Origin: a virus
Lineage: Duplodnaviria; Caudoviricetes
Virus record (IMG/VR): IMGVR_UViG_3300042258_000071
Coordinates: 172,444 to 236,443 of that record
DNA: 64,000 nt
Strand: one strand, 5' to 3'
The stretch's first letter is position 1. Each line of letters begins with the position of its first letter. The position numbers and the translations under genes were made by a program. Positions 50,811 to 60,605 of the stretch are shown in pieces. A model generated the notes under the pieces. It saw nothing but the letters and a program-made list of their open reading frames with translations, was not told where the DNA came from and made no database searches.

Positions 50811-52041
50811 GCAACCTTCTAACATACAAGATGTGTATGATCAGGTAGATCATGTTCGAGATGTTACTGTTGAGAAGAATGCTTTTAACTCTTCTGATTT
50901 TAAGGTAGATCGACAACTCATTTTAGGCTACCTCGAAGGTCACAAGATCCAAGTGACGTATTATCACGTTGAAAGTTCCACTTATCATCAAAGGTCTTCC
51001 CCATCTGATACAACCGCTAAACGTGACAATATTGAAATACCTTTAACAAAGATATCTGAGTTCGAACTTATTCTTCCTAGTAACATTGGAAATCTTGATT
51101 GGAATCAAGATGCCTCTGCAGGTACAGTTACTGGTGAGGGGATGGTTTATTCTGGGTTTAATGCTAAGATAGGGGATTTGTTTATTTATTCTCTTGGAGA
51201 AGGACGGGTTGGATTATTCACAGTAGCCTCTGTTCAACCGCTCTCCATCTATAGTACCGCAACCCATCGCATTTCTTTTATTCTTAAAAATGCTAATGTC
51301 GACACTTCCGAGCGACACCTCATTGAAGATCGTGTTGTTAAACATCTCTATTTTGATAAACGCGCTTTTCTTACAGGAGATCGAATTCTTCTCACTGCAG
51401 ATAGTAAACTTCAAAGTGATACCTTAAAACGGCTTACATCGAACATGATTTCTTTTTATTATAAGAAGTTTTATAGTTACGTATCTAACTCTGTTGTGGC
51501 GCCCTCCCCTGACTATGCGTATGATCCTTATATTGTCGAGTTCTTAAATAAAATTGTCACTATAGATCAGAGTGGTAAAAGACTTAGACAGTTGTATCCA
51601 AAAGTAAATCTCACGTACGATTATTCGATCTGGGCTAGAATGCTAAGTTTTTATAATAACAGCATCTCAGGGCTCGTGCAACACTATAGAACAACACTTG
51701 CAACGAATACCTACGTCGATGTAGATTCAACAGGGTTAACAAATAAACCTTATCTCATGCTCATTACCAACCCTGAACTAGGGGAATTAGAGTTACCCTC
51801 TATTCAAGAGGGGTATATTTTGTCATCTAACTTTTATACGAGAACTCTTTCAGATATGGATGACTTTGAGAAAATTGTCCTTGAAGCCATCGAAACTCGA
51901 AAGATATCTGACATTGGATCTTTTATTACGAATTATGGAAGTCAGTTTTATGAACTTGATACTTTAGAACAGTTTCGGTATATCCCCATTCTTATATGGA
52001 TCTGCAGTATTGCCCAAAGACAATTAACATCGACGCAATAA
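50755..52041 (+). CDS. virion structural protein (conserved phiKZ-like core)
   Basis: YLEG...VTYY, GDLFI...G.F.V and YDPYIVEF motifs; GGAG RBS. Confidence 0.65.
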   Translation: MPFPSLSGSHNTDSPPVNEQPSNIQDVYDQVDHVRDVTVEKNAFNSSDFKVDRQLILGYLEGHKIQVTYYHVESSTYHQRSSPSDTTAKRDNIEIPLTKISEFELILPSNIGNLDWNQDASAGTVTGEGMVYSGFNAKIGDLFIYSLGEGRVGLFTVASVQPLSIYSTATHRISFILKNANVDTSERHLIEDRVVKHLYFDKRAFLTGDRILLTADSKLQSDTLKRLTSNMISFYYKKFYSYVSNSVVAPSPDYAYDPYIVEFLNKIVTIDQSGKRLRQLYPKVNLTYDYSIWARMLSFYNNSISGLVQHYRTTLATNTYVDVDSTGLTNKPYLMLITNPELGELELPSIQEGYILSSNFYTRTLSDMDDFEKIVLEAIETRKISDIGSFITNYGSQFYELDTLEQFRYIPILIWICSIAQRQLTSTQ

Positions 52042-52134
52042 AAGACATGGAAGGGGATGTCCCCTTCCATGTTTTCTTACAGAGTACTGTCTTATGTTTA
52101 TGATGCATAGTTTAAATGTAAGGAGCGTTATAAA

Positions 52135-52770
52135 ATGCTTTCATATCCCTCTTCAGCAGACCATATTGCCAAGCACACCTATAGAGTCACGATGTCTCAA
52201 GCAGAGGCTGATGTAACGTACAATGATGAAGCTCTCCATCTTGCAGTGTATGAACCTTTAGATATTTACCAAACTGTTAATTCCCGAATCACCATACATC
52301 GCATGGTGACTATTTATCATCGAGGTAAAACAAGTTTTGAGATTTTAATAGATGAAGACGTTCTAAAGATTCGCCATGAAATGGATGCATATCTAAATGA
52401 ACTTCATGATAAAGGCATGGAGAACAATCCTGAAGTCATTGCATATCTTAGAAAATTCTTAAAGTGGAGAACACGTATTGAGACACTGTCACAACGTGTT
52501 TTAAATAGACATCCAAGATGGAAACGACACTATGCGCCTCAGTATCCCGGTATGATGCAAACGATGTTAAATATGATCTCTGTAGGGACTGGGCAGAATG
52601 CCACCTATCAAGATTTCAAAGAGAGGATCCTAAAGGAGCCAACTCCTCTACCCTCCCTATCTTCTGAAATCCAGCGCATCCAAGACCGTAATAAGTCATC
52701 AAATGATACTTCAAAAAATACAGAATCTTCCTTCTCAGGAAGCATTTATGGTAGTGGAGGTATCAGATAA
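52135..52770 (+). CDS. hypothetical core protein
   Basis: AAGGAG RBS. Confidence 0.75.
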   Translation: MLSYPSSADHIAKHTYRVTMSQAEADVTYNDEALHLAVYEPLDIYQTVNSRITIHRMVTIYHRGKTSFEILIDEDVLKIRHEMDAYLNELHDKGMENNPEVIAYLRKFLKWRTRIETLSQRVLNRHPRWKRHYAPQYPGMMQTMLNMISVGTGQNATYQDFKERILKEPTPLPSLSSEIQRIQDRNKSSNDTSKNTESSFSGSIYGSGGIR

Positions 52771-54081
52771 GTGATCACTAATCCTCTTTTAAAAGCTTCT
52801 ATTAAAAACGTACTCTCCCATATCACCCCTACACAAGTGTCTTTGAGATTAGATATCACCACACGTTCAGATACTAACTTCACCTATTCAACTTATTTCT
52901 TAGAGAACTTCATGTTTACACAAGATTATTATCAAAATTACATGGATGACATTACAACATCGATTAAAATATCTCCGGCAGAGTATACAAAGCTGTATGA
53001 TAATCGACACAACTTAAGTGCTACACTCACAGTGTCGTATATTAGTACTTCAGGTCAGCATATTCTTGCATCCCCAGAACCCCTTGTTTATCAGTACAGA
53101 ATGCTTCTTCTTAATCTTCAGAATCTGAAATTAAAGTATGCAGACATCGATAAGTATATAGAGCCATCCCTAACAATCCCCATCCGACTTATTGAACCTG
53201 AAATGTACGACATTACACAGCAAGAAATTTATGGTATATTTAGAAACACGACCATAACCGGGGTTATAAAACATATTGCACAAATGAGTGGTATAACCAA
53301 CTTGTCTATATATCCAGCTGATAATGTCTTAGTCTATGATCACATCATCATTCCCCCGACACCAGGTAAGAATTTTAGCAATATCTTTTCTTGGTTACAA
53401 GACAACTACGGTGTATATTTCAAGGGGCTCGCTGCTTACTTTACAGGGCGCACCCTCTATATCTATCCTCCCTATGAGTCTCGACCGAGGTCAACGCGTC
53501 ATTTACATGTTTATGTAGGGGAGAAAGCTGAACAAGCTGGGCTTACATCGTATCATTGGTCGGAGGAAGATATTACACATCTGGTTTCATTTGAGACTAC
53601 TAAGATTGTAGATCTATCTCAGGGTGGGGGTGAAGAATATGGAACCGGGATCATCATGACCCGCTCTTCTGAAATCTTAGATGGCGCCATGGAGACCACG
53701 GAATATGGATCAAAATTCACACAGCAAGTATCTGCGGTAGTTAACTATAATGATGCCAAACTAGTATCTCAAGGTAAGCGAAATACAAAACATGCTAATG
53801 AAGCAACTGATAATATCTTTGCATTAACATCTCGCACTGTAAAATATCAAGCGCAACTTATCAATTTCAACTGGTCGCGGTCTACACTTAATCTATTATA
53901 TCCAGGACATAAGACAAAATATCTGTATGACAGTTCAGGGATTATTGGGGTTAAAGAAGGTAGATTGGAAGGTGTTCAGTACTCTTTTGATCGGGTTGCA
54001 CCCATCGGAGACAATGGACGTTTTGGATATGTCGCATATAGTACTTTACGATTAAGGGTTGAAACGGATGATGCTAGTTAG
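52771..54081 (+). CDS. virion structural protein, possible baseplate hub
   Basis: DN...YDHIIIP, LQ..YGVY..G, YIYPPY and LLYPG motifs. Confidence 0.65.
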   Translation: MITNPLLKASIKNVLSHITPTQVSLRLDITTRSDTNFTYSTYFLENFMFTQDYYQNYMDDITTSIKISPAEYTKLYDNRHNLSATLTVSYISTSGQHILASPEPLVYQYRMLLLNLQNLKLKYADIDKYIEPSLTIPIRLIEPEMYDITQQEIYGIFRNTTITGVIKHIAQMSGITNLSIYPADNVLVYDHIIIPPTPGKNFSNIFSWLQDNYGVYFKGLAAYFTGRTLYIYPPYESRPRSTRHLHVYVGEKAEQAGLTSYHWSEEDITHLVSFETTKIVDLSQGGGEEYGTGIIMTRSSEILDGAMETTEYGSKFTQQVSAVVNYNDAKLVSQGKRNTKHANEATDNIFALTSRTVKYQAQLINFNWSRSTLNLLYPGHKTKYLYDSSGIIGVKEGRLEGVQYSFDRVAPIGDNGRFGYVAYSTLRLRVETDDAS

Positions 54082-54185
54082 TCTTTTAAATCTTCCTTAA
54101 AATCTCCACTATATATCACTTTTTAAAGATCATAGAGTACCATATGTGAATGTGTCGTATACCTACCTTATAGAGGCCATTATAA

Positions 54186-54221
54186 AAGATAAGAGGAGGG
54201 CAAATGCCCTCCTCTTATCTT
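54186..54221. terminator. bidirectional terminator-like hairpin
   Basis: 17-bp stem between convergent genes. Confidence 0.75.
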
Positions 54222-55377
54222 AATTTATGTTCACCCAAGAAGCTATATTTTTAACTTCAGATTCTACTTGTGACCTTAATGTACTATTATGAATATTTGA
54301 CCAAAACCGACGACTTAAGACAAGTGATATGTCTCGTTGAAATTCCCTATAGAAAGTTGTGTATCCAACAAACTCTGTATTTAAACGATAAATTAGATAG
54401 CATAATTTTAACCAAGGAAGATCTCGTAAATATTCAACCCATTCATTTTGACGGATGTCTGTTACAGTTGTTAAGACAGATAAAGATTGGACATACTCAG
54501 GAATATAACCCTTGGATAATGGAAGAGAGGCCATGATCTTTTCAGGTACCGTACTTCCTTGTGAGGATCGCTTGTATAAATCATACACCTCCTCAATCAT
54601 ACGGGGGTATTGCGTCCCAATAAATCCATAGATATTGTGATACATAGAGTCTATGACATGCTGTCTTCTATCTTTGAATATATCAGGTGTTTCAAGAAGT
54701 TGAATGTAGCGATTCCTCAACCAAATATTTTGAAGATCTTCTAATAAAGGAAAGAGAACATATTGATGAAGATACTCTTGAATCGACATGCTCTGATCTG
54801 GATCTCGTTGAGATACAAAATTACAATACTGCATGACGAGTGCTAAAGTATCCACTGCAAATATAGCACGTGATGGGTAGTCATTTTTAAATTTAATCAC
54901 ATCTTGAAATGTGTGATACGTCAATTCATTACTGTCAATGTCTAACAATCTTAAAGCACGAACATCCTGCCATTCCCTCCAAGGTCTGTTAAACGGGAGG
55001 TATTTAAGATAGTCTTCCATGTGAACAGGGATAACGATTTCAACAGTGGCATTTACATTTTTATGAATAAACAGTTCTTCTCGAATAACACCCGTTGTCA
55101 CAGGGTCAAAGATGCGATCTAAATCATTATGAATAGCTAACAAACACTTAGAGTATCGATCATAATCATTAGTAAAATTAAGGATACCACTTCTAAGTGC
55201 AAATGCAATGACATGCCGTAATAAGACAACCCCCTGACTTTCTTTTCCAGGAGCTGTACGATATCGTCCAAGGGTGTCAATTTGTCTGGTATTAAGAGAC
55301 TGGATATAATTTTGAGTTTTAGGGAGAGATAAAGGTGATGAAGGTTTGAAATAAATCCTCAAAGCCCTATCGAACAT
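54220..55377 (-). CDS. conserved core protein divergent from chimallin (phiKZ gp52-like)
   Basis: 385 aa; position and orientation relative to chmA. Confidence 0.6.
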   Translation of the reverse strand: MFDRALRIYFKPSSPLSLPKTQNYIQSLNTRQIDTLGRYRTAPGKESQGVVLLRHVIAFALRSGILNFTNDYDRYSKCLLAIHNDLDRIFDPVTTGVIREELFIHKNVNATVEIVIPVHMEDYLKYLPFNRPWREWQDVRALRLLDIDSNELTYHTFQDVIKFKNDYPSRAIFAVDTLALVMQYCNFVSQRDPDQSMSIQEYLHQYVLFPLLEDLQNIWLRNRYIQLLETPDIFKDRRQHVIDSMYHNIYGFIGTQYPRMIEEVYDLYKRSSQGSTVPEKIMASLPLSKGYIPEYVQSLSVLTTVTDIRQNEWVEYLRDLPWLKLCYLIYRLNTEFVGYTTFYREFQRDISLVLSRRFWSNIHNSTLRSQVESEVKNIASWVNIN

Positions 55378-55635
55378 GATTGCTATATTCCTTTAATTAA
55401 AATATTCTCATTAAAAATCATAAGATGAGGACAGGATTGTTTCCCTTTCTTTATTTTTTAATTATTACATATAACTATTATTATATAGAGCACCCCAAGT
55501 CATTATTGACTTGTTAAGTGTATAGAGGATATTGTGTCTCTATCCACAAACTTTGAAAACAATCAACTAAATATATTAATCCAATAGTAAGTGATGTAAT
55601 AGGATGAGTAAAATTCTTCATCCAACCTTAAGCTA

Positions 55636-55650
55636 TACATTACTACGTTG
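55636..55650 (+). promoter_or_regulatory. early promoter of the chimallin gene (TACATTAC-N5-TG)
   Basis: Motif variant about 120 nt upstream of ATG 55772. Confidence 0.7.
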
Positions 55651-55771
55651 GATTAGGTGTTCTTGTGCAAGGCATTTTGTCTAGACATCTGTGAAGAAAG
55701 ACTACGGGAACATTGCACAACACCTCACAGAAGTCTCCCATCAAACCAACAAATAAAAGGTATACCTACTC

Positions 55772-57394
55772 ATGAGTATCAGTGAAACGGGCGGCCAGCC
55801 CAACGCAAAAACCACCTCAACCAGCGATCAAGCTTATGATCGTACTACCACGGCATCTGACCATGTTCCAGGATCGACGGAAGCGCGTCGCGATGGATTT
55901 GGCCTTCGTAATGTCCTGTCGGCTCTGTCTGTCATGAGTCGCCTAGGAGGACAAGCTGGTGACTACCTTAAAAAGGTAGAAGCTGAGATCGAGTCTTATG
56001 GAAAGAATTATGGAGTCAAGACTCGCCCGCTCGACATGCCGTCTGGTGCAGTGGCCTTTATCTTGGATCGCACAGCTATCGTGCTTATGTTCGAAGAACA
56101 ACTTAGCGCGCCAACTCGCCCTGCTAATGCGCCGAAGTCCGACAACATTGCATTGGCAGCAGAAGCTCTTCATGCGATCGATCCTGCCTTGGAATTTCTG
56201 GAAGGAATCATTGTTAGCCGTGCGGATTATGATTACTATCCGCAGATGGCAACACACATTCTAACAACGCTGGCCTACTCGAACCGTAACCGGTCGCAGG
56301 CCATGGGCATGACTGTCCAGGCAATGATCGAGAACACCAAATACACGGTGGTTCGCGATGTCAATGCAGCCCGGGATTTTACACGGTCCCTCTATCCTCA
56401 CAAAATGCTTCCCTATCACAACACTGGTTGTGTTGTTATGATGAAAAACCCTACCCAAAACACGCGAAATGATGGGCTTAGCCAACAAGGCACCCCCATC
56501 ATGGCAATTTTGGGATATACAAATTTCCATGAACATCAAGATCCCACTTTTGCAAACTCTCGCTTTGCACCAGTCTTTCACACGTCGCTGATCATTTCTC
56601 CGATCCAGCATCCGGCAATGGCAGCATTGGCGATTGCAGTTGTTGCATCGGAATTCTCGCGTAATCGTGGATGGCTTGATCCGTATCAAGACTTCACTTC
56701 TGGTGTGAACATCGGGAATCTCATCAACGATTCTAAGGGGAATCTTTACAACATCCCCAATCGAAACGATTTCAATACCTTCATGAATACCTACATTTCT
56801 CAAAAGCCTGCCATCATTGCGTTTGATGTTCAGGAAGGTACAGCACGACTGCCCGTGCTGCACAATCTGATCTCTCAGCATGGCGGTCTTCATTTTAATC
56901 GTCTCTTCGAATCTTTCTTTGAAGTGAAAGCTCCTCAGGTGCGCCCGCATCGTTCGGTGTATGAAGAATTCCATGGCTACTATGGTAGCCCGGAAGACCC
57001 GAAGGATACGCGCGAATTGAATTATCTGAAAATTGTTTCTCAAAAGGGTGGTAAGAATGCCGATCAACTCCGGGTGCTGATGCAGCCGGATAATGATCCG
57101 GTGCAGCGGTCACTGGAATTGCAGCGTCTGGGGGCCGATAGCATTCGGTTCTTGTATCGCACCAATATTGCGATTTTGGAACCTGAATTCATTAACACGA
57201 TCGAGGCGATCTTCCAGCAGTATCGGGTATCGATCCATAGCAACGATACAGCTGGGAATTCTATCATTGGATATAATTCTATCAGCGATATCGCTGATAC
57301 GTTGGCGGCTGGTTCTGGGATTGTCCAGCACATGTCTCCTTCCCAGGGGACGTTCTATGGGCAGTCTCCGTATTCTTCTGGGATTTCATCATAA
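55772..57394 (+). CDS. chmA: probable chimallin (phage nuclear shell protein)
   Basis: Directly upstream of the nvRNAP beta'-like gene (phiKZ gp54-gp55 synteny); own early promoter and terminator; strongest codon bias; disordered N- and C-terminal arms; PhuZ and a ChmC candidate present. The call rests mainly on synteny. Confidence 0.65.
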   Translation: MSISETGGQPNAKTTSTSDQAYDRTTTASDHVPGSTEARRDGFGLRNVLSALSVMSRLGGQAGDYLKKVEAEIESYGKNYGVKTRPLDMPSGAVAFILDRTAIVLMFEEQLSAPTRPANAPKSDNIALAAEALHAIDPALEFLEGIIVSRADYDYYPQMATHILTTLAYSNRNRSQAMGMTVQAMIENTKYTVVRDVNAARDFTRSLYPHKMLPYHNTGCVVMMKNPTQNTRNDGLSQQGTPIMAILGYTNFHEHQDPTFANSRFAPVFHTSLIISPIQHPAMAALAIAVVASEFSRNRGWLDPYQDFTSGVNIGNLINDSKGNLYNIPNRNDFNTFMNTYISQKPAIIAFDVQEGTARLPVLHNLISQHGGLHFNRLFESFFEVKAPQVRPHRSVYEEFHGYYGSPEDPKDTRELNYLKIVSQKGGKNADQLRVLMQPDNDPVQRSLELQRLGADSIRFLYRTNIAILEPEFINTIEAIFQQYRVSIHSNDTAGNSIIGYNSISDIADTLAAGSGIVQHMSPSQGTFYGQSPYSSGISS

Positions 57395-57531
57395 CACATC
57401 CGATCTTAAAAGGGGAAGGGGGACTAGAGTCCCCCTTCCTTCTTATCTTATTATTTTGTTTTTACACTATCGTATTTATCATTTTATATTTTAAGATGAT
57501 TTCTATGAACCACTGTTAGGGAGATATACGC

Positions 57532-59393
57532 GTGGGTATAGATGTTGTTACACCCCTTCCCCTCAATCCTCCTAAAGATGAACATGTGAATTATCGCATC
57601 TTACGTCTGGTAAATTTTGATAAACGTTTTCATAATGCACCTAACAAACTTCTCTTATCACACATCGACTTCACAGATCCTAATTACGCCGAGAGTCTTA
57701 ACAAAGAACTCTACTCTCATGGGGGTGAGTTAAATTTCATTGCATCATGTGACTGCGGTGAGACGACAGGTAATATCAACATTGGTGCAACATGTCGTGC
57801 GTGTAAAACTGAAGTTAAATCTCAAATAGAAACAGGTCAAGGGGATATCCCTCACACGACATGGATCGCCTTCCCAGACAGTGTCCCTGGCGTCATGCAT
57901 CCTATCTTTTACAACATTCTTTCTAAATGGCTATCCTGTGGTCAGGGTAAGCATAATAATTATTTAGATATCATCTTAGATCCTAAAAGACCTCTCCCTA
58001 ATGAACTCCAGGGGGTTGTGGATGGTCGAGGATTTGAATATCTGTATAATAATTTTGATCGTTTGATGGAATATTTCTATGTTCACCATATTAAACAAAA
58101 CAAACTAAAGTCTCTTGCAAAAGCAAAACATATTAAACGTTTCGTTGATAGGTATCGCCATCTTGCATTTGTAAAACATTGCCCTGTATTGTCTTCAGCG
58201 CTCCATCCTGTTACAGCGCCTGATAACTCGGGTAAACGGAAATATGCAGATAAAGGATCTCAACACATCCTAGAAACTGCACACATCTTATCTTACTTGA
58301 GGTTCTACCCAACCAAGTCTCGTCGTGCTGGTGAGTTCGATCATAAATGTATGAATGCGTATCGAGCTTATATCACCTATCTTGAAGATATTGCAAAAGA
58401 TCGACTATCTTCTAAGAAATCACTTCTAAGAAAACATCTCTTTGGGATGAGATTTCACTGGTCTTTCCGAGCACTTATTGTACCGCGTGTTGGAGTCCAT
58501 CGGTATAACGAACTAGAACTCCCATGGGTGGTCGCTGTTAATCTTCTTAGAGTGCACATCATCGGACGTCTGGTTAATAAACATGGGTATGCCCCTCATA
58601 TTGCAATTAATAAGCAGATGATGGCACGTGCCATGTATGATCCAGATATCGATCAAATTATGAATGATTTCATTAAGGAGAGTCCGTGGCCAGGACTTCC
58701 GGTACTTCTAGGGCGCAATCCGTCGATTAACATTAAGTGATAAAAGTTTTCACTTAATTAGTCCGCTTTAGATTGAAAGATCTTAAGTGAACCTTCCTTA
58801 ATTGCTGGAAACTCCTTAGAGCTAAACATACTACAACGCAACACGAAAGTGTCATCGTGAAAGTTTGAAAAATGTTTAGATTGGGCAACCAGCAGCGAAG
58901 CGCCTTATACATGTCGTTATGACAGTGATATGGTGAACGTTCAACGATCAAGGCTTTGTCCGCCTGTAGAGACCAAGGGGTCTCGAAATAGGAAGCATCT
59001 AAGAGTCCTTAAGGATTTAGGATGAAGATATGATCTAGTCTATGGTGAAAGTCATAGCTGCAGGTTATGCTGCGCATGGGGGAGATACCGAACCTTCATG
59101 GAATATTACGTCAAAAAGGCGCCCTTCAACTCTTTTTCGTTCCAAAAATTAAAACGTCAGTATACGACAGAACCATCGGGTTATCTCCTCTCACGCTTAA
59201 GAGGTTCAATGGGGACTACGATGGGGATGAATTACACGGTCTTCTTATTCTTGAAAATGACATGGTTAGAAAGCTTTTAAAAATACATCCTTCTCAAATG
59301 TACACATCCACCAATGGCGTTGGGATTGGAACGGATATTACTCTCCCACATCAGACGTCTATTGCTTGGAATTCATTCTTAGATCGCGTATAA
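57532..59393 (+). CDS. non-virion RNA polymerase beta'-like subunit (phiKZ gp55-like); exons 57532-58727 and 59111-59393, 492 aa spliced
   Basis: Zn ribbon CDCG...CRAC, KSLLRKHLFG.R..SFRALI, spliced RNPSIQKGALQ, catalytic FNGDYDGD in exon 2. Confidence 0.9.
58728..59110 (+). mobile_element. group I intron (IA2-like), ORF-less, 383 nt
   Basis: Exon U58727 pairs with G in IGS TTAGTC; P3 CTTCCT/AGGAAG; P4 TGCTGG/CCAGCA; P7 GATCA/TGATC within R (GTTCAACGATCA) and S (AAGATATGATC); P7.1/P7.2; P9 GAAA loop; terminal G59110; removal restores the frame. Confidence 0.9.
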
Positions 59394-59428
59394 ACATGTA
59401 ACAGAATTGACGTGATATTTGTATAGGA

Positions 59429-60082
59429 ATGTGTCATCATAAAAAACAAAGAGGATCCATGACAATCACCGTTTGTGCCCCTATAAGTCATCTTTCTGAT
59501 CTTCCACCAGCACATCTACTTTTGGGGACTGAGGGTCAAGCACATATTGCACAGCAGATCTCAGAAAGTTATGGGATCACCTCTTATGGAGATCGTGCAA
59601 AACATCGCTTTGCAACATCAGAAGATGCTTTCTTTAAGTTCCTTCGAAAACCTTATGATGAAATAAAAATTAAATTATCTGCGATCAGGAATAAACTCAT
59701 ACTCCCAGATCGGTATCGGCCTCTTGAAACCCACGCTGATCTTGGAGCAGCTCCTCCGTGTATGCACATCCCTATTTTGTCTTTAAAGCCTGTTCATGAC
59801 CTATTTAAGAAGGGGCTCATCTCTGGATATGGGTACGACATTTCCGATGTCCCAGAAGACTTGCCATATGAGCGTCTTGCTACCAATGGTTATATTCCAA
59901 ACATCCTAGAAGCTGAAGCTGATGAGGATGGGTATATCGCCCTTAAATATGAGTGGCATGATGATGACCCAGAGTTGGATGAAGAGGAGATTTACGCGCT
60001 TAATGTGACACGTCACATGATCGAACGTTTGATCGAGTCCACTAAGTTAGATCCTACGGATCCAACAAACGAGCGCGGGTAA
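59429..60082 (+). CDS. conserved core hypothetical protein
   Basis: 217 aa (alternative start 59459); follows the nvRNAP gene in the chimallin block. Confidence 0.75.
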   Translation: MCHHKKQRGSMTITVCAPISHLSDLPPAHLLLGTEGQAHIAQQISESYGITSYGDRAKHRFATSEDAFFKFLRKPYDEIKIKLSAIRNKLILPDRYRPLETHADLGAAPPCMHIPILSLKPVHDLFKKGLISGYGYDISDVPEDLPYERLATNGYIPNILEAEADEDGYIALKYEWHDDDPELDEEEIYALNVTRHMIERLIESTKLDPTDPTNERG

Positions 60083-60087
60083 TTAAG

Positions 60088-60121
60088 TATAGAACCTGTG
60101 GGTTAACCCACAGGTTCTATA
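60088..60121. terminator. perfect 34-bp palindrome, terminator-like
   Basis: TATAGAACCTGTGGGTTAACCCACAGGTTCTATA followed by a T-rich tract. Confidence 0.75.
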
Positions 60122-60187
60122 TTTCTTTTCTTTATTTTTTAACCATGATGTGATATCAATATACCTTACCTCATAGAGGAGTTTTAA

Positions 60188-60604
60188 ATGACTGCAAATG
60201 TTCATACCTTAGGACCTGGATCTATCATCACGGATCCTAATCGGATTCTAGCCTATCAAATGAGACATTATTCAGCAGCCCCAAAATCCGCCCTTAATGT
60301 CACACAATCCTTAGCAGTGTCGCTTACTTACACAGTAAGTTATCATCAGAATAAAACACAGGAAGAGCTGTGTAGTGCGATCGAGAGTGAAGTAACTTCT
60401 ATGTTTAACAATATCTTTGGATCTGAATCTGCAAATGTGCTTGTTAGATCTTCTCCCTTAGAAGATATTGCCGGGGGGCACTTGGTCGCGATAGCTGTCT
60501 CTGTTACATATGAAGGTCGTACCTACACCTTCACAGACAATGTTAAATTGGATGGTAACGGGTATATCGTATACGCTGACTACAATGAGCCGGAGATTAT
60601 TTAA
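60188..60604 (+). CDS. conserved core hypothetical protein
   Basis: GAGGAG RBS; 138 aa. Confidence 0.75.
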   Translation: MTANVHTLGPGSIITDPNRILAYQMRHYSAAPKSALNVTQSLAVSLTYTVSYHQNKTQEELCSAIESEVTSMFNNIFGSESANVLVRSSPLEDIAGGHLVAIAVSVTYEGRTYTFTDNVKLDGNGYIVYADYNEPEII

Positions 60605-60605
60605 C

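Noticed and set aside
56261-57067. 268-aa antisense ORF inside chmA (and similar ORFs inside the capsid gene)
   Set aside because: Explained by strong codon bias of highly expressed genes; no RBS.
59067-59393. Independent 108-aa gene
   Set aside because: It is exon 2 of the nvRNAP gene; its ATG lies inside the intron P9 region.
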